Source: Takakia lepidozioides
Taxonomy: Eukaryota > Plantae > Bryophyta
Direction of reading: 5' to 3'
NCBI GenBank assembly: GCA_030704615.1
Contig: CM060731.1
Location: 74,090,001 to 74,154,000, forward strand
DNA: 64,000 nt
The notes beneath the pieces were generated by a model, which worked only from the letters and a program-made list of their open reading frames with translations, was not told the DNA's origin and made no database searches. Positions 13,576-26,545 of this stretch are shown here, in pieces; position 1 is the stretch's first letter, and each line of letters begins with the position of its first letter. Made by a program: the position numbers and the translations under genes.

Positions 13576-14449
13576 GTAAGCCTTCACGTGCACAGTTTGT
13601 CCCCTGGCCCGATTGCAATTGCATGCCGCATGCATTGAATATGTAACTATTTCAATTGTTGAGACTGTAAACTTGGCTTTCAGGGGATAGATGGAAATAT
13701 AGGGTACTTTGTTTGTCTTATTTGAAACATTCTTTTGCAAAGGTAGTGCAACTCAAAGCCCTGATTGGAGGCAATTCAGCTGTGTTGATTTATTAGTTTG
13801 TTTGACTTTCACACCTGGGTTATGCCTGATCTATTTGAGGAAGTCTTATAGGTTGCTCTGCTTTTGCAGGATGCAGAGGACGACTATTCATTGATAGTGA
13901 ATTTGAAGCGTAGAAACACAGTACTGAAACACAGTACAGATAGATTTGTTTAGAACAGATGTTGGTGTGGATGTAAGCGTAGGGGACAGCCTGGAAGAAA
14001 TTGTTCTTGAGGTATAAAGCCCACCTCCTTCTTTTACATGAATGACTTTGGTGGTATAACACCTATATAGCATTGGGTTCAAAGTTCTTACTTCAAAACA
14101 ATATCATTTAAGAGCTCTGTACTTGTACAAAGATTTGCAGTCTAGAAACGTAGGTCTTCAACAACTTGCTGGAAGATTTGCGAATGGCTTGCAAGCAGGG
14201 AGAACATCTTGCATGGATGCCGGCCTAGCAAACATTTATAACTATTTCATGGTGTTGAACTCTTGCACGACCAATTGATGCTTGCAGGTTCAGAAGAAGG
14301 CAGGACTTGCAGACAGTGACTGGACTTTCCTGGAAAAATTTGATTGCTTGTCCGCCGATTATGGTGAGGCCAGTCAGCGTAATTGAACTACACAAATGTG
14401 ATGACACAAGACACTACCACAATGATGGTTGCATATCTTGAATTGGAGG

Positions 14450-17400
14450 CATGGGGGGTGCACTCCAGCCAGTATGTACCAGCCACGTGCGTGCACAGGA
14501 GGGGGTATTTTAAACCCCCCCATGTACAACATTATACATACATGGGGGGGTTTAAAACACCTTAAATATAATATTACAGGAGGGGGTTGTTAAGTTTTAA
14601 AGGGTAGTCTAGTGGTAAGGACATTACTTAGGTCGTGATACACCGCGCGATCAAATCACGGGATCATTCTTTTTGTTTGTTTTTTTTCCTTTCTTTCTCC
14701 CCGCGATCTTTCTCCCCTTCCCTCCCGCGGGCTCTCTTCTTCCTCCCCTCCTCTCCTCGCCTCTCCTCTCCCCTCCTCTCCCACGTTCTTGGGAGAGTCA
14801 GTTTGGTCTTAGCAGGTCGTTTCAATCTTTGCCTGCTCAGCTGCACTGTGGTGGTTCTCAAAGACCAATCCGACATTACTTGACTACAGACACCAGCAGC
14901 ACACAGAAGAGAGGTCCTTTTGGGTTGATGGGAGGTCAAATCCTCCATGGGTCATGACACAATGTCAAGGACAACGTGGTGAGGGAACCTTCTTCTTCGA
15001 CCTATTTCAGCCTGTTTTGCCCTCTCATCAGACTTGGCCCTGAATTTGCAGCACGGAGCAGATCCTTCACGATTGTGGGACAACTGCAATCGCAAAGTGT
15101 GGCGTTTTCTTAAGGTACGATGTGAAGAAGTTTGTCCATCCTGCAAATGCGGGCTCTTGCCTCCTGTTAGTACCCTGATTAGGTGTTCTTCCTAATGTTT
15201 ACAAGGTTGTCAGCTTGGTCTTAGCAGGCCGTGTTTCAATCTCTGCCTGCTCAGCTGCACCGTGGTGGTTCTCACAGACCAATCCGACTTGCAATCGTCT
15301 GTCTAGAATTGCAGACCTATGTATAGGAGCAGGACACTGGATCAATATGTGTGGTCACATCCAAGTTAGGAGTCTTTGAGGTATAGAATTCAGACTAAGA
15401 ATCTGATTTCCTTGCTTTCTGATCTGTGTCTCTGTGTTCTTGAACATTCTCAACTTGCCAGCTCCCAGCCAAACCATTAGCACAAATGCCAAGCCTCCAT
15501 TTCCAGCCTTGCTTCAGACGCCGACCACAGTCAAGAGCGAAGGAGCAACTTCCCAGCCACTGGCAAGCACCCCCCAGGTATCTGACGGCATTACATGGAA
15601 CCCCAATAGCAGCACCATGTTCAAAGCTGCTCTTCAACAGGTGCTCTCTCCTTCGCCGATAAACACCAGAGAATGGATTCCTTTTAGTTAAACACCTGAC
15701 CTTTTCTTCCATGTGCTTTTCAATTTGCAGGTAAACAAGAAAGTTGGAAGACCTCCAGAATCGCGCGCCATTGGTGATTGGCTGGCTGTAAGTCTAACTT
15801 CATGAATTTCTTGTTATTCTCACATTCATGACCTGTACATATACCTAGAATAAGCATCTTGACGCCTAAGCAATCTATTATTCACCGTGCAGTCTAGGGC
15901 AATCTGGAAGCAATGTCTGCAAATCGGACAATTGTGTATAGAGTCAGGTCTGCTGGTTTGCCTTATATTCGAGAGTACGAGTTCCGATTGTGTTGTACAT
16001 GTACCACATGTGCAGAAGACACTGAATTTACCCCTGGATGCGCTGGTCCATGGAGTGGAGAAGGAAGGCAATGACAGCGAGCAGCTGGTCAGGCAGGTCG
16101 ACAGTCTTGGGAGTATTATGGCATGGCCGACCTTGTTGTCACCCCTGCACTTAAAGCGCAGAAAGAGCACCGAGTCCGTCACATCCGTAGACTCTTCATA
16201 AATTTTTTTCTGCATGAATGTTCGTTCACATGACTTCTACAAGTAGGCTCTCTAGGATTTGACAATGTTGCATGTGGTCACACTCGCCAGAAATCAGGCT
16301 TTGAATGAGGGAGGTTTGCCATCAGGTTGGGCTTGGTATTTTGGTCATTGTCATAGCCTGGGTTGATTTGTTTAGGGGAAGTATGACTACAAGACACAAG
16401 CAGCACACACAAGAGGTCCTTTTGGGTTGATGGTTGGTCAAATCCTCCATGGGTCATGACACAAGGTCAAGGACAAGCTCCAGATTTCAAGCTCCAGATT
16501 ACCTATGATTCCCTGTGGAAGGATAGATACAAGAAACCTGCATGGGTAGATAATCAACTTGAAGCCGTAGCAGCAGCAGTACAATTGATAAAATCAGGCA
16601 CTGCTGCTGAAGGCACCTTCTTCAACATATTTCACCCTGTTTTCTCTTCCTATCAGAATCGGCCCTAAATTTTCATGTTGAATTCTGCAAGTTAGTTGGT
16701 TGAGTGAATCTTTTTCTGACCCCAGACAATGGTGGGACAACCGAGGCAAAAAGGTGAATGCCTATCAGATTACCAGATGTCATTCTGAACACTGCCCCTA
16801 CCCTGGTGGACATGTATGCCAAATGTGGATGCATCGAGGATGCCAAGGGATCAGTGTTCAACTCTATGGCTGAACGAGATGTGGTGTCGTGGAGTGCGAT
16901 GCTTGCAGGGTATGCACAATAGGGGTGCGGGATGGAGGCTCCAACCTTTGAGCAAATGCAATGCGTGTGCAAGCCTGGGAGCTCTGGAAAAGGGGAAAGA
17001 GGTCCATGGTGACATTGTCAAAGCTGGAATTGTACCAGATGTCATTCTGAACACTCCCCTGGTGGACATGTATGCCAAATGTGGGTGCATTAAGGATGCA
17101 AAGGGAGTTTCCATGGCTGAACGAGATGTGGTGTCGTGGAGTGCGATGCTTGTAGGGTATGCACAGCAGGGACGTGATATGGAGGCTTTGGAGACCTATG
17201 ATCAACTGATGGGGGAAGGGGTGAAGCCCGACCACATCACGTTTGTGTACATTTGCAATGCGTGTGCAAGCCTGTCAGCTCTGGAAAAGGGCAAAGAGGT
17301 CCATGGCAACATTGTCAAATCTGCAATTGTATCAAATGTGATTCTGAACAATACCCTCGTGGACATGTATGAAGGGAGTGTTCGACGGTATGGCTGAACG

Positions 17401-18411
17401 AGATGTGCTGTCGTGGAGTGTGATGATTGCAGGATATGCACAGCAAGGGCGCTGGATGGAGGCTTTGGAGACCTATGAGCAAATGATGTGCGAAGGGGTG
17501 AAGCCCGCGCTTTGCATTGCATGATGTTGAGGAAGAGCTTAAAGAATCGTCTCTTTGCCAACACAATGAGAAGTTGGCCATTGTTTTTGGGCTTATCAAC
17601 ACACCCTCTGGGATGTCTTTGGGGATCATCTAGAATCTTCGGATGTGTGGTGATTGCCACACAGCCACCAAATTCATCTCAAAGATAGCTAAGCAAGAGA
17701 TTGTTGTACGGGATGCAAACCGCTTTCACCACTTCCAAAATGGTGTTTGTTCTTGTGGGGAGTATTGGTGAAATGAAATGCTTGTCACCTAATTGAATGT
17801 ATTGAACTCTGTCAGCTGCGAGTCAGGTTGGACTCCAACAGTGGCAGCAAAGGCGCACGAAATCTCTTTTTGGAGAGGAATTCTCAACAGTAGGTTTTGA
17901 ACATAAATGGACCTTGCGAAGGTTGAAACTGTAGAACAAGTTCAGAAACTGTCCTAGTTGATGAACAGAGGTACAGTGACTGTATATCAGAAAATGGAAA
18001 CTTTCTTCAGGCCTCTTGCACATCGGGCATTGACAATGTCCTTTTCCTCTCTGCATCTGATTATTGTTCAAAGTGAGATTCCACAGCAAGTTTTATGGCA
18101 AACAGATTTTTTTAATTAATTTATTAGATTTTATTCTATTTTTAAATAAATAAACTTGATATAATATAAAAACATACATATACATATTTGAGGGTATTTT
18201 TTAATTATTGAAAAAAGGAAATATACATACAGAAGGGGTACTTTTTTAAAACTACAAATTTCTATATATTTACAGGAGGGGGTTTTATAATCTTCAAAAT
18301 GTATGTACAGAGGGGGTATAAATGATCCAAGGACCCGTATACAGGGGGTTTTTTTTATTAGGCGGCGAACGTACGTGATACGGACATTTTATAAAGAGTG
18401 CACCCCCCAGG
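14450..18411. mobile_element. Non-autonomous hAT-type element (3962 bp) carrying host gene fragments
   Basis: TIR CATGGGGGGTGCACTC (14450-14465) / GAGTGCACCCCCCAGG (18396-18411), 15 of 16 match; 8-bp TSD ATTGGAGG at 14442-14449 and 18412-18419; subterminal ACAG(G)AGGGGGT motifs at both ends. Confidence 0.9.
16770..17771 (+). pseudogene. PLS-class PPR plus DYW deaminase fragments (organellar RNA-editing factor), pseudogenised
   Basis: Repeats LVDMYAKCG...[14 protein letters not shown]...GVKPDHITF...NACASL.ALEKGKEVH; DYW tail HNEKLAIVFGLINTP...[18 protein letters not shown]...[21 protein letters not shown] ending 17771; deletions and stops. Confidence 0.92.
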
Positions 18412-19309
18412 ATTGGAGGATGCAGTCTTTCCGTCTACAAATGATAGATGTGATAGTTCCACATGATGTACTGTGAAGACTTTTACTCCTTTGCATGGAC
18501 GGATTTAAGCGGCATATTTGGACGGATTTAACAGCAATTTAGCTGGTGCACGTTGGGAACTGCCTCTTTGGGAATGCTTTCATCTTTACTGCAGGTGTTA
18601 TACAAACGGAAGCGAGCTACATTTACTTATGAAAGCCCTCTGATTCGGGGTGAATCACTCCTGCAACAGATGATATCTCTCTTTCTGCCTGAGCCCAAGT
18701 TCCATCCACAGACGCAGAATGAGGAGTCTGGAAAGAACTGGTTAATTGCCTCACACATTCCGTTCTGTAACTTCTGAATAGTGCCAGATGAGCAATTTGA
18801 CGTGATGCATGCGAATCTTAATCCAATAGAGCTGCATTTACTACTCACGATTTTGAGATTTGAGAAAACTGAATGATAGCACTTCAGAATTCCTAGAATG
18901 TTTAGATCTTCCTCACTAGCCCGTAACTTCTTTGGACGGGCGTGCATTGGTAGGACTTTGCCCCCAAAAGCTTTAATTGTTGGTTAGTAATTGTGGGGTA
19001 ATTGTTCACTTGTCTTTCCTTCTGCCGCAGGGGAGGTGTGTTGTGCTAATCACGACGTACATCTTGAAACTGATAAATCTCAGCCTGTGTCATATCTACA
19101 ACTCAAGAATTGATTAAAAAATAATGCCTCGAAGTACTCTAGCCACAGTGACAGCACAGATCACATCCACTTTGGTACTGAAAGTGGAAGGATCACAGCT
19201 CGTCGTTCTAAAACATTGTACATGAGGAACAACATCTATAGCCTAGAGAGTCGCACTCCTTGCAACTTCCAAATCTAAGTTCAAATCCGTGATGTTTCAG
19301 TGATGTTTT

Positions 19310-21930
19310 GTGCGTAGCAACAAGCCTGTCAGATTGTGTTCAAAGATGGCTAATGAGAGGGGAAGCTACAAATTATCAGCAACCATAGCTGGGAAATATG
19401 CACCATTGGTACTAAGGAATCGCATGCTTCATGAGCAAACTCCGAAATCAGAATTCTCTCATAGACGAGAAGCATGGGCGAGTAATATTGATTTGTGGGT
19501 GGATGGATCTTTGTATCCACACAACCCCGTTGACGGCAAACGTCCACAATTTCGGACAGTGAGCGAGTTTCTAGAATTTACTGGGGATGGCAAGAGCGGC
19601 CTACTGGGTTACTCTGAAAATCTTGCCGCAAATCATACAAGAATTGAATTGAATTTCGTTGAGGCTCAGAAAGAGATATTGTCGTTGCGTGAGCTGGTCA
19701 GGAGATTGCAAGATTCAGATGAGGAGAGAGAGAGACTCTTACAATTCAGCAACACAGAAACGTCTCGTAGACAAAGAGTAGAGGAAGAAAATGGTCAGAT
19801 TATGTTAGCAAGTGAATCGTTGAAAGTGGAGGTATCAGCTCTGAAAGAGCAATATCACAGCATGAAGGCATCTTACGATGAGTGTTTAGGCCGCCTGAAC
19901 GTTGATGTACTGAGCTCCAATGAGCGTGATCAAATGGAGATAGAATTTTGGATAGAGATAGAATTCGCTCAAAGAAGAGCACAAAAGAAAATTGGATTCG
20001 ATTTGCTCTGAGCTACGCAGAACCAAGGCGACCTTGAAGCGACGGGAATTGAGGATGGAAAAAATGGTGAGGACTTCCTATGGGTAAAGGGGTGTCGTCA
20101 GACCAAGGAAGGATGTGGCTGAATTGGCGCCTAATGGTGGTCATACAAAACGTTTGAGGCGTTTAGCAAGAGCTATCATTGCCCCAGCTACTGCGAGAGA
20201 AATTCAAAGTGCAAATGCAACCCAGGGAACGAGAAATCGCTTGTGTGGAAGTAAAGAGACACAAGTGCAGACTGCGAAGGTGTTCGCCTCTATGTTGTCC
20301 CAGACATAAATTAAGTCAATGTGCGAATCAGCGAAGTTGAGCAAAGTTGGTGTGCATATGGCCAACTACTACTTGGATAAGATTGGGGAGAAAGTAGGAG
20401 CAAATGAGATTCTAGAAACTTGCGATCGGCAAGGTATAATGCACAATGGATATGGAGCCATCTATAAAAAGTTCAAAATGTCTGCCAAAGCTTCTGGTCG
20501 GAGCCTTCGCATTGGTTGCTTGCCAAATCCTCATAAGGTGTCATTGCTTCGGAAAGCGTTGAGTCTCAAGCTACATGAGTATGTCGGCGAATACTACTGC
20601 ATCAACAATAGCCTTGAGATTCCAGCCACTGCCAAGTCAAAGAGCAAAGAGCCTGTCAGAATAGCGCTCAATCATAATAATTCCATCTTTGTCGATGTGG
20701 AACAAGTGCAACGCACAATGGTCGAGCTCTACGGCATCACACCCGCAGGTAACACCTTAATTTTGTAGTGTTGCAAGAGATGTAGGGTAAAGCTTCTGAT
20801 AGGAATCGATTGATTAAACACTTGGGGATTGTAGCAACTCCCCACAACATCTTAAGTTCTCTTGACCTACAGATTTATTGAGGATTGGGCATTGAGGACC
20901 TGGGCATTGAGGATTTGGCTGTGTTTGGTTTCAAAATTGCAGGGACACCCTCTTATTTTTGTCATCAAACTAGATGAAGCTGAAATTGTGCACGCTCAAA
21001 AGATGGAGAGAGTGTCTCTAATACTGATGAACCGGGCTTTGAATACTACGATTGAGCCAAACAGTGAACAATTCTTCTCAGTTCAGTCAGAGAGGGAGAT
21101 TTGGCCCATCGCTTCATTCCAAGTGGTGCGGAAAACCTATGAAACATTGAGTTGGGTCTTCTCGCAAATTATCATTCCTGCGTTGATTCAAGCACAGGAG
21201 CAAGGACAGCCACTGGATGTCCCTGGTATTGGATCCTTTCAGGTGGAATGGCATATGGCGGCAGATATGAAGACAATAAAAGTGATGTACAACTTGGGAG
21301 CTGGAGCAAATAGCTTACACAGTTGCATCTACTGCAACCAAGAATGCATGAAGCCTGTAGTGGGCACCATTGCACAAGCCCAAGCAGCCATAAAGAAACG
21401 AACCAAGTACACTTGGAATGAAGGGTTGTTTTTAAGGAAAGTGGCAACGCAACCACTCACAGGGGGTGCAACTTCAGGACGTTGGAAGCCCATTTTGCCC
21501 ATACCACTGGACAGAGTCTACATATGTACCCTACATGCTTTCAATCGAGTGATTGAAAAGATTGTTCACTTGCATTTCATTCATATTTAGACAATTCGTG
21601 ACAAAGCTCTCCAAAAATTGGCCGTTGATGAGATGCAGAAGTTGTTGTCACTCACGGGTGCCCATAGAGGGAATGTTCAAATTTTTAAGGACGAAGATTT
21701 GTCTCGGAGGGCAAACAATGTCCCAAACAAGCCCTTTTTTAGTGGAGCCTATGCATTGAAGCTTTTCAAGGACAATCCTGTTGCCATAGAGCCTCGGAAG
21801 TTATATGTTGATGCCGTGAATGCAGAAAAGAACAGAATGAATAATGGAGCAGCACGAAGAGAGAGATTGGAGCAGTGGCATGCCTTGGATCGACTGCGGC
21901 CCTATTTCAATGGTCTCAGATTTGAGGTTA
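19310..21930 (+). mobile_element. Transib/RAG1-core-like transposase gene, disrupted and 3'-incomplete
   Basis: N-terminal coiled coil, then FVIKLDE (~20960), WHMAADMK (~21250), SCIYC (~21325), CTLHAFNRVIEKIVHL (~21525); resembles the D...DxK...CxxC...LHxxxRxxE pattern of Transib/RAG1 cores; probable intron ~20749-20943. Confidence 0.5.
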
Positions 21931-22149
21931 GCTATTTCATGAGCATGAGCGGCATGAGCGGAGTAGTAAGACAATCGGTTTTCATGAGCAGAAGTACAAA
22001 TTCTGCAAATAAAAACATTAAAAAATATTATTTTAATGGGATGTGTCAGAAAGGGGAAAAAAAACAAAAAAAAAACCAATATAATATTCATTGTTTGAAG
22101 TAGAAATTGTAGTTTTGAGAGCCGTGCTCATGATATTTTGTCTTCTGCT

Positions 22150-22445
22150 CATGCGAATTCCGAGCGACATCTGCAAAAATGGCGCCAAATTTCGCGGTAA
22201 TAGGTTTTGCAAGCAGAAAAATCGGCGACGTATTGCGCGGTAATAGGTGACTCCAGCGAAAAATGGTGCCGAATTTCGCGGTTATAGGTCCCAACTTCAT
22301 TGAAGTGTAAGCCCAAAATTTGGAAATGTGGCGCCGAATTTCGGTACATGGTGTCGGGCATTGCACAAATGTTGGGCAGTTCTGGGCCATGTAACTGGAA
22401 ATTCGGTGCCATTTTTCCAGAAATGGCCCCCTCAATTGCAACTGT
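22150..22445. repeat. Degenerate cluster of AAAATGGCGCCRAATTT cores
   Basis: Cores at ~22175, ~22260, ~22325 and an inverted one at ~22398. Confidence 0.75.
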
Positions 22446-22530
22446 TGGAACTCAGGGACGAAGCAGCCTGCAATGGCTGGGTCTGAGGAACTGGAAATGA
22501 GTAGGCCGGGACGTCTGTGCGTTGCACCAT

Positions 22531-24927
22531 TCAAAATCCTGCTGCAGAAATAGCATCCGCCTCATTCTGAGAGATGTTGCAACCCGGTGCAACAGGCCAG
22601 ACGCCCGGAGGCTCCGGCATTCCCTGAATCCCGTACTTGGGCTTGCCAAATACACAGGTCATTATGTCGTGCCTACAAAACCAAAACGTCTGCGTTGTGG
22701 CGTGAGAGAATGTGGGAGTCAAAAATCTGCCGCTGAAACAAGGTGCAAGTACAACACCGTGTGGGTTCCTCCGAATCATCTCACCACAGCGTGCTCTCGT
22801 ATCCACCCGGATGGCGCAGCACTTCCCTCGAAATGCCGGCAATGTCATTGCAATTCTCCACTGTGACTCCGACACTCTTGTCTCCACAATGGGTATGTTG
22901 TACTGCGTTACTACAGATGGCTCGTTATGTTCCTTGGGCACGTGCCCTTTGCTCAAAGGAGATGGCGATCTTGAACGTGCAGGAATTGCGGTGCTCGACG
23001 AGACCTCCTCGGGCAACATCACGGGACCACGAGGGAGCGTGCGAATATTCTTGTCAGCTCGCCATGAATCCTCTTCTCCGCCAGGTTCCTCGTCAAGTCT
23101 TCGTCTCACTGGACGGGTGTGAACATCTTCTTCCAAGTGTTGGCCTCTTCGAAGCAATGGCGTGTCCCGAAGGCCCTCTCGCAAGGTTGCCGCCCACTTG
23201 CGAGGATTCTTAGATCTGGAGGCAGTCCGCATCAGCATTTCCTGCCTGTCCGGCCCCAAGCCCCACTGTTTCCCTTTCAATAACTCGTTGTACCTGCATT
23301 GTTGCATAATTGACCTGACAATGTCCTCCGTTGTGGCAGTGAGGATGTCCACCAGATGCGCCGCAGAGGAGGCACGCCAGGAAGAATGTACTGATTCGGC
23401 CATGTTTGTTGTCGACATGTCGGTGTCGGAGTCCAGACACATTTCTTGCACATGCACATATTGAGGTTACAAGCAAGTTACAAAGAACGAGTAGCATAAT
23501 ATTCAACGTGACGCGAATTCGTCCAACTCACCTCCCGCATATAGTTGTCGAACTGGATGAAACGATAATGCCACCATGCTAGCCAACTGATCATTGCTCC
23601 CTCGTCTGATTTCTTTACAGCACCTGACGTTGTCCACCAAGCCCGTATACATGCAAATTGTGTCTCTGCATCATCCAAGGTGGGAGCACGCTTCCATGCA
23701 AGACACATGGAACGGTGCTCCTCTCTGAAATCTGGCGCCACGAGCCGGGTTGTGTACTGCGACAAGCTCTGCAGAAAATGGAACCCACAAGATCTCTCAT
23801 TGCCTTCCATCGGAACATTGGGGTCTTCCCTGTACACCCTTCGGATGGCAGCCCAATTTGCTTGTGCGTTGTCCGCCATGAAACCACGGAAATTGGGAGG
23901 GGGCAATCCCGCCCTGGCCATCTTTTTGTTTATTCCCTGCCAAAGAAGCATCTCCGATTGTGTGTCCTCTCCTTTCATCTCACAAATAGCAATTGTCATT
24001 AGCATCCTGCAGTGGGTGTCGTAGGCATGTGCAGCCATTGTCACCCACTGGTGATTTGTAATTCGTTTGATATGGTCGAACATGACCCAACTGTTTGACA
24101 AGTCCCCACTCATCATCCGGTCAACCAGTTCGACGCCGCTGCCAGGCCCACACGTGGACATTTTGAATACCAAACAACAATCTGCCTCAGTCCCTTGTCC
24201 ATGAAACCTACTTCCATGAATGTAGTCATATCCACATCGTCGCTTCACCTCCAGAATGGAGTGCATATCCGAGCCACGCCCAATTTTCTGTTTGCAGGAG
24301 ACAATGTGATTTCGGACATTCGGTGAACAGACGTGGGACACCGACTCCAGCAATGCCTCCATTTCCTTCTCATCGAGAGGAACTCTGTCGGAGCCGTCTT
24401 CCGACAGTGCCTGATCTCCAGGATGATCTCGGAACTTCCATGATCTCGTCGGAGTCGGACAGGTTGTGAACAACCCGGTTCTCGCTCATCTTTATTGATG
24501 GGTTCGGCTCTGGATTTACTTCGTTGCGGACTTCTCTCTTTGAGGTACCCACTCTCTGATTCGCGGATTGTTTCGTGGAAGGCGGCAGGATAGAAGGCGC
24601 ATTTGGCGGGCAAATGAAGTCCCCAACAGCCCTGTATATGACGTTGTCCGATAGTGGAACTCGCCATTCCCTGCCGTCGCCGAAATCATCGTGGAGCACA
24701 ACAATACTTTTGACTACAACTCCGTTTGAATCCTTCCTTTCCTCCAAAAATACCGACCCCGGTTTCAGGTGGTATCGAACGCAGAGATATTTCTCCATCA
24801 CCCGGCAGATCTCCCCTCTGCACGGAAATGTAGCTCTATGCTCGTGAGGAGGGCAGTACACTATAGCGCTCGGGTTTTCTGCCATGGGAGTTGTGCATAC
24901 AAGACTGCCAAGACGGCGTTCGGACAA
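22531..24927 (-). mobile_element. Mutator/MULE-like DDE transposase gene with intron and frameshift
   Basis: WVMFDHIKR (D1, ~24075), GFMADNAQANW (D2, ~23870), SCGFH (CxxH, ~23785), TTNMAESVH (E, ~23400); GTGAGT donor at 23531; Cys-rich C-terminus. Confidence 0.75.
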
Positions 24928-25299
24928 GCGCCCTGGGAGAAGGGGGGATGCAACGAGGGGAAGGAATGCAGGGCTGATTTTTGCAAGCGACGAAGCCTAT
25001 TCACGAATCCGGGGAGCCCACTCTCCCGAAAATCCACTGTCAGAGAGTTAATGAACCTTGTCTGCGGAATGCGGCCCCTAGCCTTTGCGCAATAACTGCC
25101 AACGGTATGCAATCAGAAGGTATATGACTTGTGCAGATGCGCTGCGCAAACCAATCATTACGGCGTCTGACAAGAAGCGTGGGGGCGCGAGCGTGCAAGC
25201 ACCTTCCCCATGGACAGAGGGAACTGACAGAGGTGGCATTCCAGTGGGTCTGATTACAAGATTGAGTGCCAGAACCTCGCCGCCAAAAGTCAACATACA

Positions 25300-26545
25300 A
25301 CAGCGGCGCCGAATTTGCATCCGAGGCCGGTCGGACGATTTCGTCTCAAGGGTGAGTCGGTCACCTGGCCGACAGAGAACATCACCCGGATGGAAAAACG
25401 GCGCCAAATTTCCATCCGAGGCCCGTTGGATGAAGTCGTTTCGGGGGGAGAGGGCGACACCTGGCCGACAGAGAACATCCCCCGGATGGAAAAACGGTGC
25501 CGAATTTCCATCCGAGGCCCGTTGGATGAAGTCATCTCGGGGGGAGAGGCCGACACCTGGCTGACTGAGATCATCCCCCGGATGGAAAAACGGCGCCGAA
25601 TTTCCATCGGAGGCCAGCCGGATGAAGTCGTTTCGGGGGGAGAGGCCGACACCTAGCCGACTGAGATCATCCCCCGGATGGAAAAACGGCGCCGAATTTC
25701 CATCCGAGGCCGGCCAGATGAAGTCGTTTTGGGGGGAGAGGCCGACACCTGCTCGACAGAGAACATCGCCGGATGGAAAAACGGCGCCAAATTTCCATCC
25801 GAGGCCGATACCTGGCCGACAGAGAACATCCCCCGGATGGAAAAACGGCGCCGAATTTCCATCGGAGGCCGGCCGGATGAAGTCGTTTCGGGGGGAGAGG
25901 CCGACACCTGGTCGACTGAGATCATCCCCTGGATGGAAAAACAGCGCTGAATTTCCATCCGAGGCCCGTTGGATAAAGTCGTTCGGGGGGAGAGGCCGAA
26001 ACCTGGCCGACTCAGAACATCCCCCGGATGGAAAAACGGCGCCGAATTTCCATCCGAGGCCCGTTGGATAAAGTCGTCCCGGGGGGAGAGGCCGAAACCT
26101 GGCCAACTCAGATCATCCCCCGGATGGAAAAACGGCGCCGAATTTCCATCCGAGGCCCGTAAGATGAAGCCCGTATCGGCACTTCTTCAACAATTTATAG
26201 TCGTTGCATCAAGTTTTTCGCGTTTTTTTGTATGGCTACACACTAAACTTGGAGTTTTTTGCCTACAGGCCACATTTCGCACGTTATTCCCACCATTCTG
26301 GTCCGCTAAAGACAAATTCGTTGCCGGTTTTCCATCGATGAGGTGGACCGAATTACCTGCAGGATGGAAATTCGGCGCCGGATTTCCATCCGTCCGCGCT
26401 CCGAATTACCTGCAGGATGGAAATTTGGCGCCAGATTTCCATCCGGCGTCTCCTGGATGAGAATTGCTCGGGCGGAGGGAGGGCCTCGTTGTGTCATACT
26501 TCATCCGTTGGATGAAAATTCGGCGCCGATTTTTTCCATCCAGCG
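25300..26545. repeat. 96-bp tandem array (about 9 units) with a 32-bp imperfect palindrome per unit, followed by inverted cores
   Basis: CGGATGGAAAAACGGCGCCGAATTTCCATCCG recurs about every 96 bp from ~25385 to ~26150 (32-aa periodicity in the ORF track); inverted cores at ~26310-26545. Confidence 0.95.

Noticed and set aside
17506-17771. Functional or U-to-C type DYW editing enzyme
   Set aside because: In-frame stop and missing N-terminal part of the domain; the remaining motifs look like the ordinary C-to-U type
19144-19150. CACAGTG (RSS heptamer / Transib-like end) upstream of the Transib-like ORF
   Set aside because: No nonamer, no matching right end or TSD found; a 7-mer is expected by chance in 64 kb
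25300-26160. CRISPR-like look (palindromic 32-bp repeat at regular spacing)
   Set aside because: The intervening sequences are near-identical rather than unique spacers, there are no cas genes, and the context is eukaryotic
25078-26460. Long ORFs on both strands (up to 342 aa) with 32-aa periodicity
   Set aside because: By-product of a stop-poor 96-bp tandem repeat, open in several frames on both strands
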